From Alphaproteobacteria bacterium (GTDB lineage: Bacteria > Pseudomonadota > Alphaproteobacteria > GCA-2731375): 64,000 bases of DNA. Made by a program: the position numbers and the translations under genes. A model generated the notes under the pieces. It made no database searches and was not told the origin of the DNA. It saw only the letters and a program-made list of their open reading frames with translations. Positions 10,655 through 24,222 of this stretch are shown here, piece after piece. Position 1 is the first letter of the stretch. Each line of letters begins with the position of its first letter. The stretch lies in the NCBI GenBank assembly GCA_965232515.1, contig CBDDPY010000002.1, positions 6,144,001 to 6,208,000 of the forward strand, given 5' to 3'.

Positions 10655-11329
10655 GTGGGGGTGAACGAGCGTTCGGGGGATAACGACTGGTCCGCGTTGG
10701 CACGGCCCTGGAAATTGGCGCTGGCGCAGGCCTGGGCGGCGCATGCGGCCGGCAATATCGGTGTCGGCGCGGTTCTGACCGACGACGACGGCGCTGTTGT
10801 CGCCGAAGGGCGCAACCGGATCGTCGACGCCGAGGCGCCGCCGGGACGGCTGCGTTCGACCTTCATCGCGCATGCCGAGATGGACGTGCTGGCGCAACTG
10901 CGGCCCGGCGATTATCCCGGCCACACGGTCTGGACCACGCTGGAGCCCTGCCTGCTGTGTTCGTCGGCGATCGTGATGAGCAGCGTCGGCAACGTTCGCT
11001 ACGCCGCGCGCGACTGGCTTTGGGACGGCATCACCCGGCTCGCCGACGTGAACGACTTTGTCGCCAAGCGCTGGCCGACCCGGACCGGACCGCTCGACAG
11101 TCCGGTCGCCGTGTTCTGCGAGCTGCTGCCCGTGCTCTGGTTTGTCGCGCGCAAGCCCGACGGCGCCGTGATCAGACGCTACGCCGACCGGCATCCGACG
11201 CTGCTGCGGCTAGCCGAGCAGCTGGCGCGGGACGGCCGCATCGCATCGCTGATCGAGCAACCGGTCGAAACCGCTCTGGCCGCGCTATGGGACGATCTGT
11301 CGGAAGTCCACGCGGCCGCGAATTCGTAG
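10655..11329 (+). CDS. Nucleoside deaminase (Zn-dependent, TadA-like fold)
   Basis: HAE and TTLEPCLLC zinc motifs. Confidence 0.88.
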   Translation: MGVNERSGDNDWSALARPWKLALAQAWAAHAAGNIGVGAVLTDDDGAVVAEGRNRIVDAEAPPGRLRSTFIAHAEMDVLAQLRPGDYPGHTVWTTLEPCLLCSSAIVMSSVGNVRYAARDWLWDGITRLADVNDFVAKRWPTRTGPLDSPVAVFCELLPVLWFVARKPDGAVIRRYADRHPTLLRLAEQLARDGRIASLIEQPVETALAALWDDLSEVHAAANS

Positions 11330-11335
11330 AGCTGG

Positions 11336-12937
11336 CTATTCGCGCAGACCCAGGGCGCCGGCGGCGCGGGTGACGTGCTGGCGCAACTCCTCCGACTCGA
11401 CCTGCAGGACACGGAAATAGTCGCCCGTGCTGTAGTTCGGGCGAATTCGCCTGACTCTCTCGAGATGCCGCCGGGCCGCGGTTTCCCGTCCGGCCAGCAT
11501 GTTGCAGTAGGTCGCGATGAACTGGACGTGGACATGCGCGTTCGGCAGCCGTGCGGCGCGGTCCGACAGATCCGCCGCATCGTCCAGCCGGCCGAACATC
11601 ACGCAGTTGACCGCCTGCTGCGCCAGCATGGCGTAGGCCATGGGGTCGTAGGGGCTGAGGCGGCGGGCAGTGCCGACGGCGTCGCGGCTGCGTCCGACAT
11701 TGCCCGCCATCCAGTGCGCCAGGCCGAGGGAATAGTGGCCGAGGGCAAAGCTGGGGCTGAGATCGATCGAGACCTGGAGCGACGATATCGCCCGCTCGTA
11801 ATCACGGCGCAGAAGCCATGCCCGGCCGAGAGCCCAGTGGCCCTGGGGATCGTGCGGGCCGGCGGCGATGCTCTCCTCGGCGAAATCGAAGGCCATGCGG
11901 ATTTGGTCCTCGCGGTCCGGCGTTGCCTCGAGGAAGGCGCGTTGCCAATGCACGAACGACAGGCCCGCCTGCACGCGCGAGAGCGCGAGGTCGAGCCGGT
12001 GCGCCTGCAAAAACAACCGCTCGGCTTCGTCGAAATCGTCCTCGGTAAACCGGAACATGTGCCAGATGCCGCGGTGGTAGGCGGTCCAGGCATCGAAGTT
12101 CGATGTCTGATAGAGCAGCGCGCGCGACTGCTCGATGCGCTCGATTTCGGCCTCGACGGCACCGACGATGATGTCAACGATCTCGTCCTGCAGGGTCAGC
12201 ACGTCCGCGAGCCGGCGGTCGTAGTTCTCGGCCCAGACCTCACGGCCGGCGACCGCGTCGGTCAGTGTCACCTGAATTCGCAGGCCCGTGCCGAAGTGGC
12301 GTACGTTGCCTTCCACGATATAGCGGACGCCGAGCCGGTCGGCGACCTGCCGGGGATCGTGATCCAGACCCCTGAAGCGAAAGGCCGAGCCGCGGGCGAT
12401 CACGAACAGCCAGGACTGGCGGGCGAGCCGGGTGGTGATGTCGAGGGCGATCCCGTCGCCGATCACCTGATGCGCGGCGTCGTCGCCGAGGCAGTGGAAC
12501 GGCAGCACGGCGAGCGAGGGCCGTGTGGGCAGCGACAGATCGATTCCGGATGCTGTATCGACCGCGTCCGACGTCGCGGCATCGCAGCTTGGGCCCACGT
12601 TGGCAAGTGAAACTTCGCCCGCCGACGGCACGGCCGCCACCTCGCCGACAAAGCGGAAGCCGCGCCGGTGGTAGGTGCGGATCAGCATCTGCCGCTTGCC
12701 GTCGTCGCCGAGGATTTGTCGCGCTGACTTGACGCGGCTCGACAGCGCGGCCTCGGAGACAATGCGGCCATCCCAGACATGCGCGATGATCTCGTCGCGG
12801 GTAACCACGCGATCGCGGTTTTCGAGCAGGTAGACCAGCAGGTCGAAGACCTGCGGCTCGGCCGCGACGAGATTGCCGTCGCGGCGGATTTCACACGCCG
12901 CCGTGTCCACCACGTAAGCGCCGAAGGCGTAGATCAT
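11336..12937 (-). CDS. Winged-helix / TolB-N-like / TPR transcriptional regulator
   Basis: OmpR-type wHTH (EPQVFDLL..RRGFRFVG), PSLAVLPF domain, C-terminal TPR-like helices. Confidence 0.9.
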   Translation of the reverse strand: MIYAFGAYVVDTAACEIRRDGNLVAAEPQVFDLLVYLLENRDRVVTRDEIIAHVWDGRIVSEAALSSRVKSARQILGDDGKRQMLIRTYHRRGFRFVGEVAAVPSAGEVSLANVGPSCDAATSDAVDTASGIDLSLPTRPSLAVLPFHCLGDDAAHQVIGDGIALDITTRLARQSWLFVIARGSAFRFRGLDHDPRQVADRLGVRYIVEGNVRHFGTGLRIQVTLTDAVAGREVWAENYDRRLADVLTLQDEIVDIIVGAVEAEIERIEQSRALLYQTSNFDAWTAYHRGIWHMFRFTEDDFDEAERLFLQAHRLDLALSRVQAGLSFVHWQRAFLEATPDREDQIRMAFDFAEESIAAGPHDPQGHWALGRAWLLRRDYERAISSLQVSIDLSPSFALGHYSLGLAHWMAGNVGRSRDAVGTARRLSPYDPMAYAMLAQQAVNCVMFGRLDDAADLSDRAARLPNAHVHVQFIATYCNMLAGRETAARRHLERVRRIRPNYSTGDYFRVLQVESEELRQHVTRAAGALGLRE

Positions 12938-13050
12938 CCTCCATCCCCGTTCCGGGGCGCCATGTGCCGGTGCAGTGCGGATGCACGAAGGCTAATATGA
13001 CGCGGGAATGGGGTAAGCTGAACGAAATTCTGGGTGTGCGGGGGGGCCGG

Positions 13051-13323
13051 CTAATTGGCGTAGCGCGCCCGGTACTCGCGGTAGCGCGCGATCCAGTCGT
13101 CGTCACTGTCGACGGATTGATCGACGGCGGGCCACGCGGCCTCGGAAGACGGGCCCGAGAGGGACGGCCTGGCGATCTCCTCGATTGTCGTCACTCTTTC
13201 TTCCAGCGCCTTGATCCGCTCTTTCAGATCCTGGCTGGTGGTGGCGTTGGCAGCGCCGCTGACGGCGAGCACCAAGCCGAGTGCGCCTAGCGTTGTGACA
13301 AAAGTCTTTTGGATCGATGTCAT
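13051..13323 (-). CDS. Small exported hypothetical protein
   Basis: Signal peptide ending ANA, short coiled coil LKERIKALEERV. Confidence 0.6.
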   Translation of the reverse strand: MTSIQKTFVTTLGALGLVLAVSGAANATTSQDLKERIKALEERVTTIEEIARPSLSGPSSEAAWPAVDQSVDSDDDWIARYREYRARYAN

Positions 13324-13539
13324 GTCGGGTCTCCGGATCGGGTCAGCGCCTGGCCGTCGCGACGTTCGGCAACGGGGCTCGAAACAATTGCAGCCGATGT
13401 GGGGAGGCGCCGGCCGGTCCTGAAATGACAAGCCATGACCGATCGATCAAAAAACCTTGATGAGCCGTGAGGAACCGGCTTCGCCGGATGGAGGAGGCGG
13501 CCGATACCTGTTCCTGGTCAAATATCGGATTGACCTACC

Positions 13540-14217
13540 TCAGGCCGTCGAATCGGCGATTTTTTTGATCATCCGATTGCTGAAGACAGCCGAATCCTGT
13601 TCGGCCTCGATCCCGACCGAGACCATGTCTCTCGCCAGGTCGCGATCGGTCAGCGCCAGGCCGGGGAGGTATTTGAGCAATATGCCGGCGATGGGCAGCA
13701 GCAGCCGGTAGGGCAGACCCGTCGGCCGGCGCGCGCCGGTGGGGTGAATGTATCGCGGGCGAAAAATGTACCGCCTGGGGAAGCCGGCTTCGTGCAGCAG
13801 GTTTTCGGCCCGCCCTTTGGCGAGCGCGAACAGAGTCCGGCTCTGCTCGCTGGGATCGGCCCCGCTGGCGCCGAACAGCACGAATGTCGTTTGCGGGCTG
13901 ACGCGGGCCAAGGCATCGGTGAGCGCCTGCTGATAGTCGCAGGTGATTTCGAAGAAGGTCTCCTTGGACACTTGGCCCTGATAGACGCCGAGGCAATAGA
14001 AGCAGACGTCGACGCCCACGAGTTCGGATGACACTGTCGAGAAGTCGCGAAAATCCGCGTGCACGATCTCGTGCAGTTTCTCATGCTGGATTGTGGTTTT
14101 GCGCCGGCCGATGGAGATGACTTTGTCGACGGCCGGAGATGCCAGCAGGATGTCGAGCACCTGACCGCCTACCATGCCAGTCGCGCCCGTTAGCAGAACC
14201 GTTTTCTTTGTCATCAT
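13540..14217 (-). CDS. NAD(P)H-binding (atypical SDR) protein
   Basis: Rossmann motif TGATGMVG; IFRP. Confidence 0.85.
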   Translation of the reverse strand: MMTKKTVLLTGATGMVGGQVLDILLASPAVDKVISIGRRKTTIQHEKLHEIVHADFRDFSTVSSELVGVDVCFYCLGVYQGQVSKETFFEITCDYQQALTDALARVSPQTTFVLFGASGADPSEQSRTLFALAKGRAENLLHEAGFPRRYIFRPRYIHPTGARRPTGLPYRLLLPIAGILLKYLPGLALTDRDLARDMVSVGIEAEQDSAVFSNRMIKKIADSTA

Positions 14218-14273
14218 GCCGGGATTCTACGCCGCTGCGGCGCCGCGGACGCCATAATCGCCGCGCGCCGATA

Positions 14274-15761
<1,488 letters not shown>

Positions 15762-15770
15762 GTTACCTTC

Positions 15771-17303
15771 CTATTCGGCGGCCGCCGCGCCGCCATCGTT
15801 CGCCTTCTTCATCCAGCTGTCCAGTGCCGCCGCTTCCGCCTCGCTCAGGCGCAGGCCCAGCTTCGAGCGCCGCCAGAGGATGTCGGCCGCGGTGCGCGCC
15901 CATTCGCGGGTCATGAGCCAGCGTGCCTCGGCCTCGGTCAGGTTCCAGCCGAAACGCTGGCCCAAGGCGTCGGCCGAGGTCGCATCGCCGAGCAAGTCGG
16001 CCGCCTGGGTGCCGTAGGCGCGGACCAGGCGGCGGGCCCAGGGCTCGTCGAGGAACGGGAACTCGGCGCGGAGGTGCTGGATCTGCATCGGGACACCGTC
16101 GACGGGGAAGTCGCCGCCCGGCAGCGGCGCGCCGGCGGTCCATGGGCCGCCCATCGACGGAAAATGGGCGGTCAGCTTTTCGAGCGCCGCTTCGGCGAGG
16201 CGGCGGTAGGTGGTGATCTTGCCGCCGAAGACGTTGAGCAACGGCGCGTCGCCGTCGGCGGCGTCGACCTGCAGGACGTAATCCCGTGTCGCCGCCGTCG
16301 CCGACGAGGCGCCGTCGTCGTAGAGCGGACGGACGCCGGAATAGGTCCAGACCACATCCTCGGCGGCTATCGGCCGGGCGAAGTATTCCGACGCGGCGGC
16401 GCGCAGGTAGTCCGCTTCCTCGGGCGTGCAGACGGCGGCGTCGGGCGCCGCGCCATGGTCCATGTCGGTGGTGCCGATCAGCGTAAAGTCGTCCTGGTAG
16501 GGGATGGCGAAGACGATGCGATTGTCGGCGTTCTGGAAGATGTAGGCGCGGTCGTGGTCGAACAGCTTGCGCACCACGATATGGCTGCCGCGCACCAGGC
16601 GGATGCTGGCCGGCGAATTTCGGCGCAGCTTGTTGCGGATGATGTCGTCGACCCAGGGCCCGCCGGCGTTGACCAGACCCCGCGCGCGTACTTCGCGCGT
16701 CGCGCCGCTGGCCAGGTCTTCCAGCGTCGCGCACCACAGGCCGTCGCGCCGTTCGGCCGAGAGGCAGCGGGTGCGCACGCGGATCTCGGCGCCGAGGTCG
16801 GCGGCCGCGCGCGCGTTCAACACGACGAGCCGCGAGTCCTCGACCCAGCAGTCGGAATATTCGAAGGCCTTGCGGAACGAGTCCTTCAGCGGCGCGCCGA
16901 CCGGATCCTGCCTCAGGTCGAGCGTCCTGGTCGCCGGCAGGATCTTGCGGCCGCCCAGATGATCGTAGATGAACAGGCCGAGACGCAGCAGCCAGGCCGG
17001 CCGCAGGCCGCCGTGGTGCGGCAGCACGAAGCGCATGGGCCAGGCGATATGCGGCATGGCGCGCAGCAGCGTCTCGCGCTCGATCAGCGCCTCTCGCACC
17101 AGACGGAACTCGTAATATTCGAGATAGCGCAGGCCGCCGTGGAACAGCTTGGTCGAGGCCGACGAGGTCGCCTGCGCCAGATCACCCTGCTCGCAGACCA
17201 GGACCCGCAAGCCCCGACCGGCGGCGTCCCGGGCGATGCCGCAGCCGTTGATGCCGCCGCCGACGATGACGAGATCGAATGTTTTGTCTGGCGTGTCAGC
17301 CAT
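15771..17303 (-). CDS. glpD: Aerobic glycerol-3-phosphate dehydrogenase
   Basis: GGGINGCGIARDAAGRG, TSSASTKLFHGGLRYLE, GGKITTYR; start placed at MADTPD. Confidence 0.96.
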   Translation of the reverse strand: MADTPDKTFDLVIVGGGINGCGIARDAAGRGLRVLVCEQGDLAQATSSASTKLFHGGLRYLEYYEFRLVREALIERETLLRAMPHIAWPMRFVLPHHGGLRPAWLLRLGLFIYDHLGGRKILPATRTLDLRQDPVGAPLKDSFRKAFEYSDCWVEDSRLVVLNARAAADLGAEIRVRTRCLSAERRDGLWCATLEDLASGATREVRARGLVNAGGPWVDDIIRNKLRRNSPASIRLVRGSHIVVRKLFDHDRAYIFQNADNRIVFAIPYQDDFTLIGTTDMDHGAAPDAAVCTPEEADYLRAAASEYFARPIAAEDVVWTYSGVRPLYDDGASSATAATRDYVLQVDAADGDAPLLNVFGGKITTYRRLAEAALEKLTAHFPSMGGPWTAGAPLPGGDFPVDGVPMQIQHLRAEFPFLDEPWARRLVRAYGTQAADLLGDATSADALGQRFGWNLTEAEARWLMTREWARTAADILWRRSKLGLRLSEAEAAALDSWMKKANDGGAAAAE

Positions 17304-18087
17304 GACCGCCGTCATCCGTCGGATCGCCGTCGGCGATCTCGATCGCGATGCCCGCACGCGCGCCGGCTTCTGCGAAGGCCGGCGGCGGCGGCCGGTCGGT
17401 GACGAAGGCGTCGATGTCGGCGAGCGTGCAGATGCGCACCGGGGCGTTGCGTTCGAATTTTTCGTGGTCCGAGACCAGGATGGTCTGCCGCGCATTGGCG
17501 ACGATGGCGCGGGCGACGGCCACCTCGCGCATGTCGTAGTCCATGATCGAGCCGTCCTCGTCCAGCGCCGAGGCGCCGATGACCGCGTAATCGACCTTGA
17601 ACTTGCGGATGAACTCCACCGCTTCATCGCCGACGATAGCGCCATCGGACTGCCGCACCATGCCGCCGGCGAGGATGATCTCCTTGCCCGGCGAGCCGGA
17701 GAGAATGTTGACCACGTTGATGTTGTTGGTCACCACGACCAGGTCGTGATGGCCGCGCAGGGCGTGCGCCACCTGTTCGGTCGTCGTGCCGATATTGACG
17801 ATCAGCGAGCAGCCGTTCGGGATCATGGCCGCGGCGCGTGCGCCGATGGCGCGCTTCTCGTCACGGGCCAGCGCCCGCCGTTCGGCATAGTCGACATTGG
17901 TCACGCTGGTGCCCAGCACCGCGCCGCCGTGCACGCGGGCGAGCAACCCGTTGAGGCTGAGCTCGTTCAGATCGCGCCGGATGGTCTGCGTCGTCACATC
18001 GAACGTCGTCGCCAGGTCGTCGACCATGACACGACCCTCGGCGCGTGCGCGCGCCATGATCTCGGTTTGACGTTCGTTGAGGTCCAT
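17296..18087 (-). CDS. glpR: DeoR/GlpR family repressor
   Basis: VTTQTIRRDL HTH, RVHGGA, NIGTTTE; heads the glpRDK unit. Confidence 0.9.
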   Translation of the reverse strand: MDLNERQTEIMARARAEGRVMVDDLATTFDVTTQTIRRDLNELSLNGLLARVHGGAVLGTSVTNVDYAERRALARDEKRAIGARAAAMIPNGCSLIVNIGTTTEQVAHALRGHHDLVVVTNNINVVNILSGSPGKEIILAGGMVRQSDGAIVGDEAVEFIRKFKVDYAVIGASALDEDGSIMDYDMREVAVARAIVANARQTILVSDHEKFERNAPVRICTLADIDAFVTDRPPPPAFAEAGARAGIAIEIADGDPTDDGGHG

Positions 18088-18107
18088 GAGCGGTTGCTGA
18101 TTCAATA

Positions 18108-18187
18108 ATGTTCATTTAGAAAGATGTCGAAGTTCATATGAAATGCAAAACTTTCACTTGACGTAAAGCGAAAAATCAAATGAACAT
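18108..18187. promoter_or_regulatory. Divergent glp promoter region with putative GlpR operator half-sites
   Basis: AT-rich; ATGTTCATTT (18108-18117) and its exact inverse AAATGAACAT (18178-18187); TTGACG at 18158. Confidence 0.5.
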
Positions 18188-18246
18188 CCGATAACCCGCA
18201 AAACGCGGGTCACTCCGCTTAGACGGACGCATTCAGGGAGGCAGAA

Positions 18247-19989
18247 ATGCGCACAGGTTTGATGTCGGCTGCCGCCGCGATGGCTTTTTTCGCGGGCATG
18301 CCGGCGGCCGTCGCGGACATGGCCGCGGCAGAGAAGTGGATCTCGGACGAGTTCCAGCCGTCGACCTTGTCGGCCGATCAGCAGAAGGCCGAGATGCAAT
18401 GGTTCATCGACGCGGCCAAGCCGTTCGCCGGCATGGAGATCAACGTGCTGTCGGAAACGATTCCGACGCACGAATACGAATCGAAGGTCCTGACCAAGGC
18501 GTTCGAGGAAATCACCGGCATCAAGGTGAACCACCAACTGCTCGGCGAGGGCGAGGTGGTGCAGGCCGTGCAGACGCAGTTGCAGACCGGCCGCAACCTC
18601 TATGACGCCTACATCAACGACAGCGACCTGATCGGTACGCATTCGCGCCTGCAGCTCGCGGTCAACCTCAGCGACTGGATGGCGGGCGAGGGCAAGGACG
18701 TCACCAACCCGATGCTCGACGTCGACGACTTCATCGGCAAGTCGTTCACCACGGGACCGGACGGTAAGCTCTATCAGCTTCCCGATCAGCAGTTCGCCAA
18801 TCTCTACTGGTTCCGCAAGGACTGGTTCGACCGCGCCGACCTGCAGGCGAAGTTCAAGGAGATGTACGGCTACGACCTGGGCGTGCCGGTGAACTGGTCG
18901 GCCTATGAGGACATCGCCGAGTTCTTCAGCGTGTACGTGAAGGAGATCGACGGCGTCCGCGTCTATGGCCACATGGACTACGGCAAGCGCGCGCCGGACC
19001 TCGGCTGGCGCATGACGGACGCCTGGCTGTCGATGGCCGGCGCCGGCTCGAAGGGCAAGCCGAACGGCGTGCCGGTGGACGAATGGGGCATCCGTATGGA
19101 GCCCGGCACCTGCAACCCCGTCGGCGCCAGCGTCAGCCGCGGCGGCGCCGCGAACGGCCCGGCCGCGGTCTACGCGATCCGCAAGTGGGACGAGTGGCTC
19201 AGGAACTACGCGCCTCCGGGAGCGGCGAGCTACGACTTCTACCAGTCGCTGCCGGCGTTGTCGCAGGGCAACGTGGCGCAGCAGATCTTCTGGTACACGG
19301 CCTTCACGGCCTCGATGGTGGCGCCGAAGGCCGACGGCAACAACACCGTCGACGACGCCGGCAAGCCGCTGTGGCGGATGGCGCCGAGCCCGCACGGCCC
19401 CTACTGGGAAGAAGGTCAGAAGCTCGGCTATCAGGACGCCGGTTCCTGGACGATTCTGAAGTCGACGCCGACAGACCGCGCCAAGGCGGCCTGGCTCTAT
19501 GCGCAGTTCGTGGTCTCGAAGACCGTTGATGTGAAGAAGAGCCATGTCGGCCTGACCTTCGTGCGCGACAGCACGATCCGGCACGAGAGCTTCACCGAGC
19601 GCGCGCCGAACCTGGGCGGCCTGGTCGAGTTCTACCGCTCGCCCGACCGCGTGCTGTGGACGCCGACCGGCATCAACGTGCCTGACTATCCGAAGCTGGC
19701 CCAGATCTGGTGGCAGCAGATCGGCGATGTGAACTCCGGCGCCTTCACGCCGCAGGAAGCCATGGACCGGCTGGCCAACGAGATGGACGTGACCATGGCG
19801 CGGATGCAGGCGGCCGACGAGGCGGCGAACGTCTATGGCGGTTGCGGCCCGCGGCTGAACGAGGAGCAGGATGCGTCCGTATGGCTGAACAAGGCCGGTT
19901 CGCCGAAGGCGAAGCTGGCGAACGAGAAGCCGCAAGGCGAGACCGTCAATTATGATGAGCTCGTGAAGCGCTGGGCTTCGGCCAAATGA
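18247..19989 (+). CDS. Glycerol ABC transporter substrate-binding protein (GlpV-like)
   Basis: Signal peptide; FQPSTLS, QLPDQQFANLYWFR; divergent from glpRDK. Confidence 0.9.
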   Translation: MRTGLMSAAAAMAFFAGMPAAVADMAAAEKWISDEFQPSTLSADQQKAEMQWFIDAAKPFAGMEINVLSETIPTHEYESKVLTKAFEEITGIKVNHQLLGEGEVVQAVQTQLQTGRNLYDAYINDSDLIGTHSRLQLAVNLSDWMAGEGKDVTNPMLDVDDFIGKSFTTGPDGKLYQLPDQQFANLYWFRKDWFDRADLQAKFKEMYGYDLGVPVNWSAYEDIAEFFSVYVKEIDGVRVYGHMDYGKRAPDLGWRMTDAWLSMAGAGSKGKPNGVPVDEWGIRMEPGTCNPVGASVSRGGAANGPAAVYAIRKWDEWLRNYAPPGAASYDFYQSLPALSQGNVAQQIFWYTAFTASMVAPKADGNNTVDDAGKPLWRMAPSPHGPYWEEGQKLGYQDAGSWTILKSTPTDRAKAAWLYAQFVVSKTVDVKKSHVGLTFVRDSTIRHESFTERAPNLGGLVEFYRSPDRVLWTPTGINVPDYPKLAQIWWQQIGDVNSGAFTPQEAMDRLANEMDVTMARMQAADEAANVYGGCGPRLNEEQDASVWLNKAGSPKAKLANEKPQGETVNYDELVKRWASAK

Positions 19990-20021
19990 GGACGCCCGTC
20001 TAGAGGGCATCAACGGGCAAC

Positions 20022-20051
20022 GCGACGTCCGCGCCACGGCGCGGGCGTCGC
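20022..20051 (+). other. Intercistronic stem-loop after the SBP gene
   Basis: GCGACGTCCGCGCC-AC-GGCGCGGGCGTCGC, no U-tract. Confidence 0.55.
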
Positions 20052-20071
20052 ACGCTCCCGAGTCGCACGAG

Positions 20072-21139
20072 ATGACGCTTGAATTCCGCAACGTTGTGAA
20101 GCGGGTCGGGGCCGAGACCCTGATCTACGAGACCTCGTTCGCGCTCGCGCCAACCGGTTTCAACGTGCTGCTGGGGCCCACCAACGCCGGCAAGACGACG
20201 CTGATCAAGCTGATGGCCGATCTCGAGAAGCCGACCGCGGGCGAGATCTGGCTGAACGGCGAGAACATCACATCAGTGCCGACGCGCAAGCGCAACGTCA
20301 GCCTGGTGCACCAGTTCTTCGTCAACTATCCCAACATGACGGTGTTCGAAAACATTGCCTCGCCGCTGCGGGTGGCGCGCGTGCCTGAGCCCGAGGTGCA
20401 GCGGCGGGTCGGCGAGGCGGCGGAGATATTGCGGCTGGGGCCGTACCTGCAGCGGCGACCGGCCGAACTCTCCGGCGGCCAGCAGCAGCGCACGGCGCTG
20501 GCCCGCGCGATCGTCAAGGAAAGCGGCCTGGCGCTGCTGGACGAGCCGCTCGCCAATTTGGACTACAAGCTGCGCGAGGAGCTGCGTGACCAGCTGCCGC
20601 AGCTCTTCGCCGGACGTCAGGCGATTGTCGTCTATGCAACGTCGGAGCCGTCGGAAGCGCTGATGCTGGGCGGGCATACGGCGACCCTGAGCGAGGGGCG
20701 TGTGACCCGGTTCGGCGAGACCGCGTCGCTCTATCGCGCGCCGGGGGATCTTGAAACCGCCAGTATCTTTTCCGATCCGCCGATCAACGTGGCGCCGATC
20801 GTCAAGACGGGGGGCGAGATTCGGCTCGGTGACGGCCCGCGCTGGCCGGCATCCGACGCCATCGCCGCGGCGCCCGACGGGGAATACGTCCTGGGCGTAC
20901 GGCCGCATTTCGTCTCGCCCATGGGCAGCGCCGAGGGCGTGCCAATCACCGGGCAGATCCAGATCACCGAGCTGTCGGGCTCGGAAAGTATCGCGCATTT
21001 CGATCTCGACGGGCGGCCCTGGGTGTCGCAGAGCCACGGCGTGCATCCCTATCGCGTCGGCGAGAGCCACGAATTCCATATCGATACGCGCGGCTGCCTG
21101 TATTTCCGGCCCGACGGGGCGCAAGTCGCGGCGGCCTGA
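20072..21139 (+). CDS. ABC transporter ATP-binding subunit (GlpS-like)
   Basis: Walker A GPTNAGKT, LSGGQQQR, LLDEP. Confidence 0.93.
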   Translation: MTLEFRNVVKRVGAETLIYETSFALAPTGFNVLLGPTNAGKTTLIKLMADLEKPTAGEIWLNGENITSVPTRKRNVSLVHQFFVNYPNMTVFENIASPLRVARVPEPEVQRRVGEAAEILRLGPYLQRRPAELSGGQQQRTALARAIVKESGLALLDEPLANLDYKLREELRDQLPQLFAGRQAIVVYATSEPSEALMLGGHTATLSEGRVTRFGETASLYRAPGDLETASIFSDPPINVAPIVKTGGEIRLGDGPRWPASDAIAAAPDGEYVLGVRPHFVSPMGSAEGVPITGQIQITELSGSESIAHFDLDGRPWVSQSHGVHPYRVGESHEFHIDTRGCLYFRPDGAQVAAA

Positions 21140-21156
21140 GGCGGCGAGGGGGGCGG

Positions 21157-22239
21157 ATGGCGCGCATCGGTCTGCACGGACTTCGGCACAGCTATCTGCC
21201 GCATCCGCAGAGTCCCGCCGACTATGCGCTGAAACAGATCGACCTCGACTGGGAAGACGGCGGCGCCTACGCGCTGCTCGGGCCGTCCGGCTGCGGCAAG
21301 ACGACGTTGCTCAACATCATCTCGGGCTTGGTGACGCCGTCGGAAGGACGGATCCTGTTTGACGGCAACGACGTGACGGCGCTGCCGCCGGTCCGGCGCA
21401 ACATCGCGCAGGTCTTTCAGTTCCCGGTGATCTACGACACCATGTCGGTTTACGACAATCTCGCCTTTCCGCTGCGCAACCGTGGCGTCGACCGGCAGCA
21501 CATCGACGCCCGCGTGCAGGAAATCGCGCGCATGCTCGAGCTCGACGACATGCTCGGCCGGCGCGCGGCGGGCCTGGCGCCGGACGCCAAGCAGAAGCTG
21601 TCCATGGGCCGCGGCCTGGTGCGGGACGACGTCAACGTCATCATGTTCGACGAGCCGCTGACGGTGATCGACCCGCACCTGAAATGGAAGCTGCGCTCGA
21701 AGCTGAAGGAGCTGCACTACCAGGTCCGGGCGACGATGATCTACGTCACCCATGACCAGACCGAGGCGCTGACCTTCGCCGACCAGGTCGTGGTCATGCA
21801 GGAAGGCGAGGTCGTCCAGATCGGCACGCCGGTCGACCTGTTCGAGCGGCCGACGCATACGTTCGTCGGCCATTTCATCGGCTCGCCCGGCATGAATGTG
21901 CTGCCGTGCGAACTCCGCGACGGCGGCGCCTTCTTCAACGGCCAGCATGTGCCGACGGAAAACACGGGCGACGCGCCGGCGGGTGCGGCACGGCTGGAAC
22001 TCGGTGTCCGACCCGAATTCGTGCGTTTCGCCGACGCGGGCATTCCGGCCGATGTGGTCCGGGTGGCCGATGCCGGCCGCTATCGCGTGGTCGAGGCGCG
22101 AACCGGCGATGTGACGGTTCACGCATTGTTGCGCGAGGGCGAGTCGGCGCCCAGCGGGGCGACACATCTCAGCTTCGATCAGAGCCGCACCCGCGTTTAT
22201 GCGGACGGCTGGCTGATCGACGGCGTGGGCGGGGGCTGA
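21157..22239 (+). CDS. ABC transporter ATP-binding subunit (second ATPase)
   Basis: GPSGCGKT, MFDEPL, YVTHDQ; degenerate signature LAPDAKQK. Confidence 0.93.
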   Translation: MARIGLHGLRHSYLPHPQSPADYALKQIDLDWEDGGAYALLGPSGCGKTTLLNIISGLVTPSEGRILFDGNDVTALPPVRRNIAQVFQFPVIYDTMSVYDNLAFPLRNRGVDRQHIDARVQEIARMLELDDMLGRRAAGLAPDAKQKLSMGRGLVRDDVNVIMFDEPLTVIDPHLKWKLRSKLKELHYQVRATMIYVTHDQTEALTFADQVVVMQEGEVVQIGTPVDLFERPTHTFVGHFIGSPGMNVLPCELRDGGAFFNGQHVPTENTGDAPAGAARLELGVRPEFVRFADAGIPADVVRVADAGRYRVVEARTGDVTVHALLREGESAPSGATHLSFDQSRTRVYADGWLIDGVGGG

Positions 22240-22242
22240 GGC

Positions 22243-23109
<867 letters not shown>

Positions 23110-23119
23110 GGGCGGCCCG

Positions 23120-23920
<801 letters not shown>

Positions 23921-23932
23921 GGAGGACGGGCG

Positions 23933-24214
23933 ATGGGACTGGCATGGATGGCCTGGACATGGCCGACGGCGGCGTTCTTCGCCTTCATCGTGGTCTGCAT
24001 CTCGGTCATGGGCCTGCTGGAATGGCGCAGCCCCGGCGGCGCGCCGCGGCACGGCATTCTCGGGCTCGACACGACGCGCGGCGACCGGCTGTTCATCACG
24101 CTGCTCGGCTCGGCCTTCATCTTCCTGGCTTGGCTTGGCCTGGTCGGCACGCCGCTCTGGGGCGCGCTCGCCATCGCCGTCGCCTGGGGCGCCTTCGTGT
24201 TCTGGAAGGTCTAG
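23933..24214 (+). CDS. DUF2160 small membrane protein (GlpU-like)
   Basis: WMAWTWPTA..TTRGDRLFI. Confidence 0.88.
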   Translation: MGLAWMAWTWPTAAFFAFIVVCISVMGLLEWRSPGGAPRHGILGLDTTRGDRLFITLLGSAFIFLAWLGLVGTPLWGALAIAVAWGAFVFWKV

Positions 24215-24222
24215 CCCCGGAT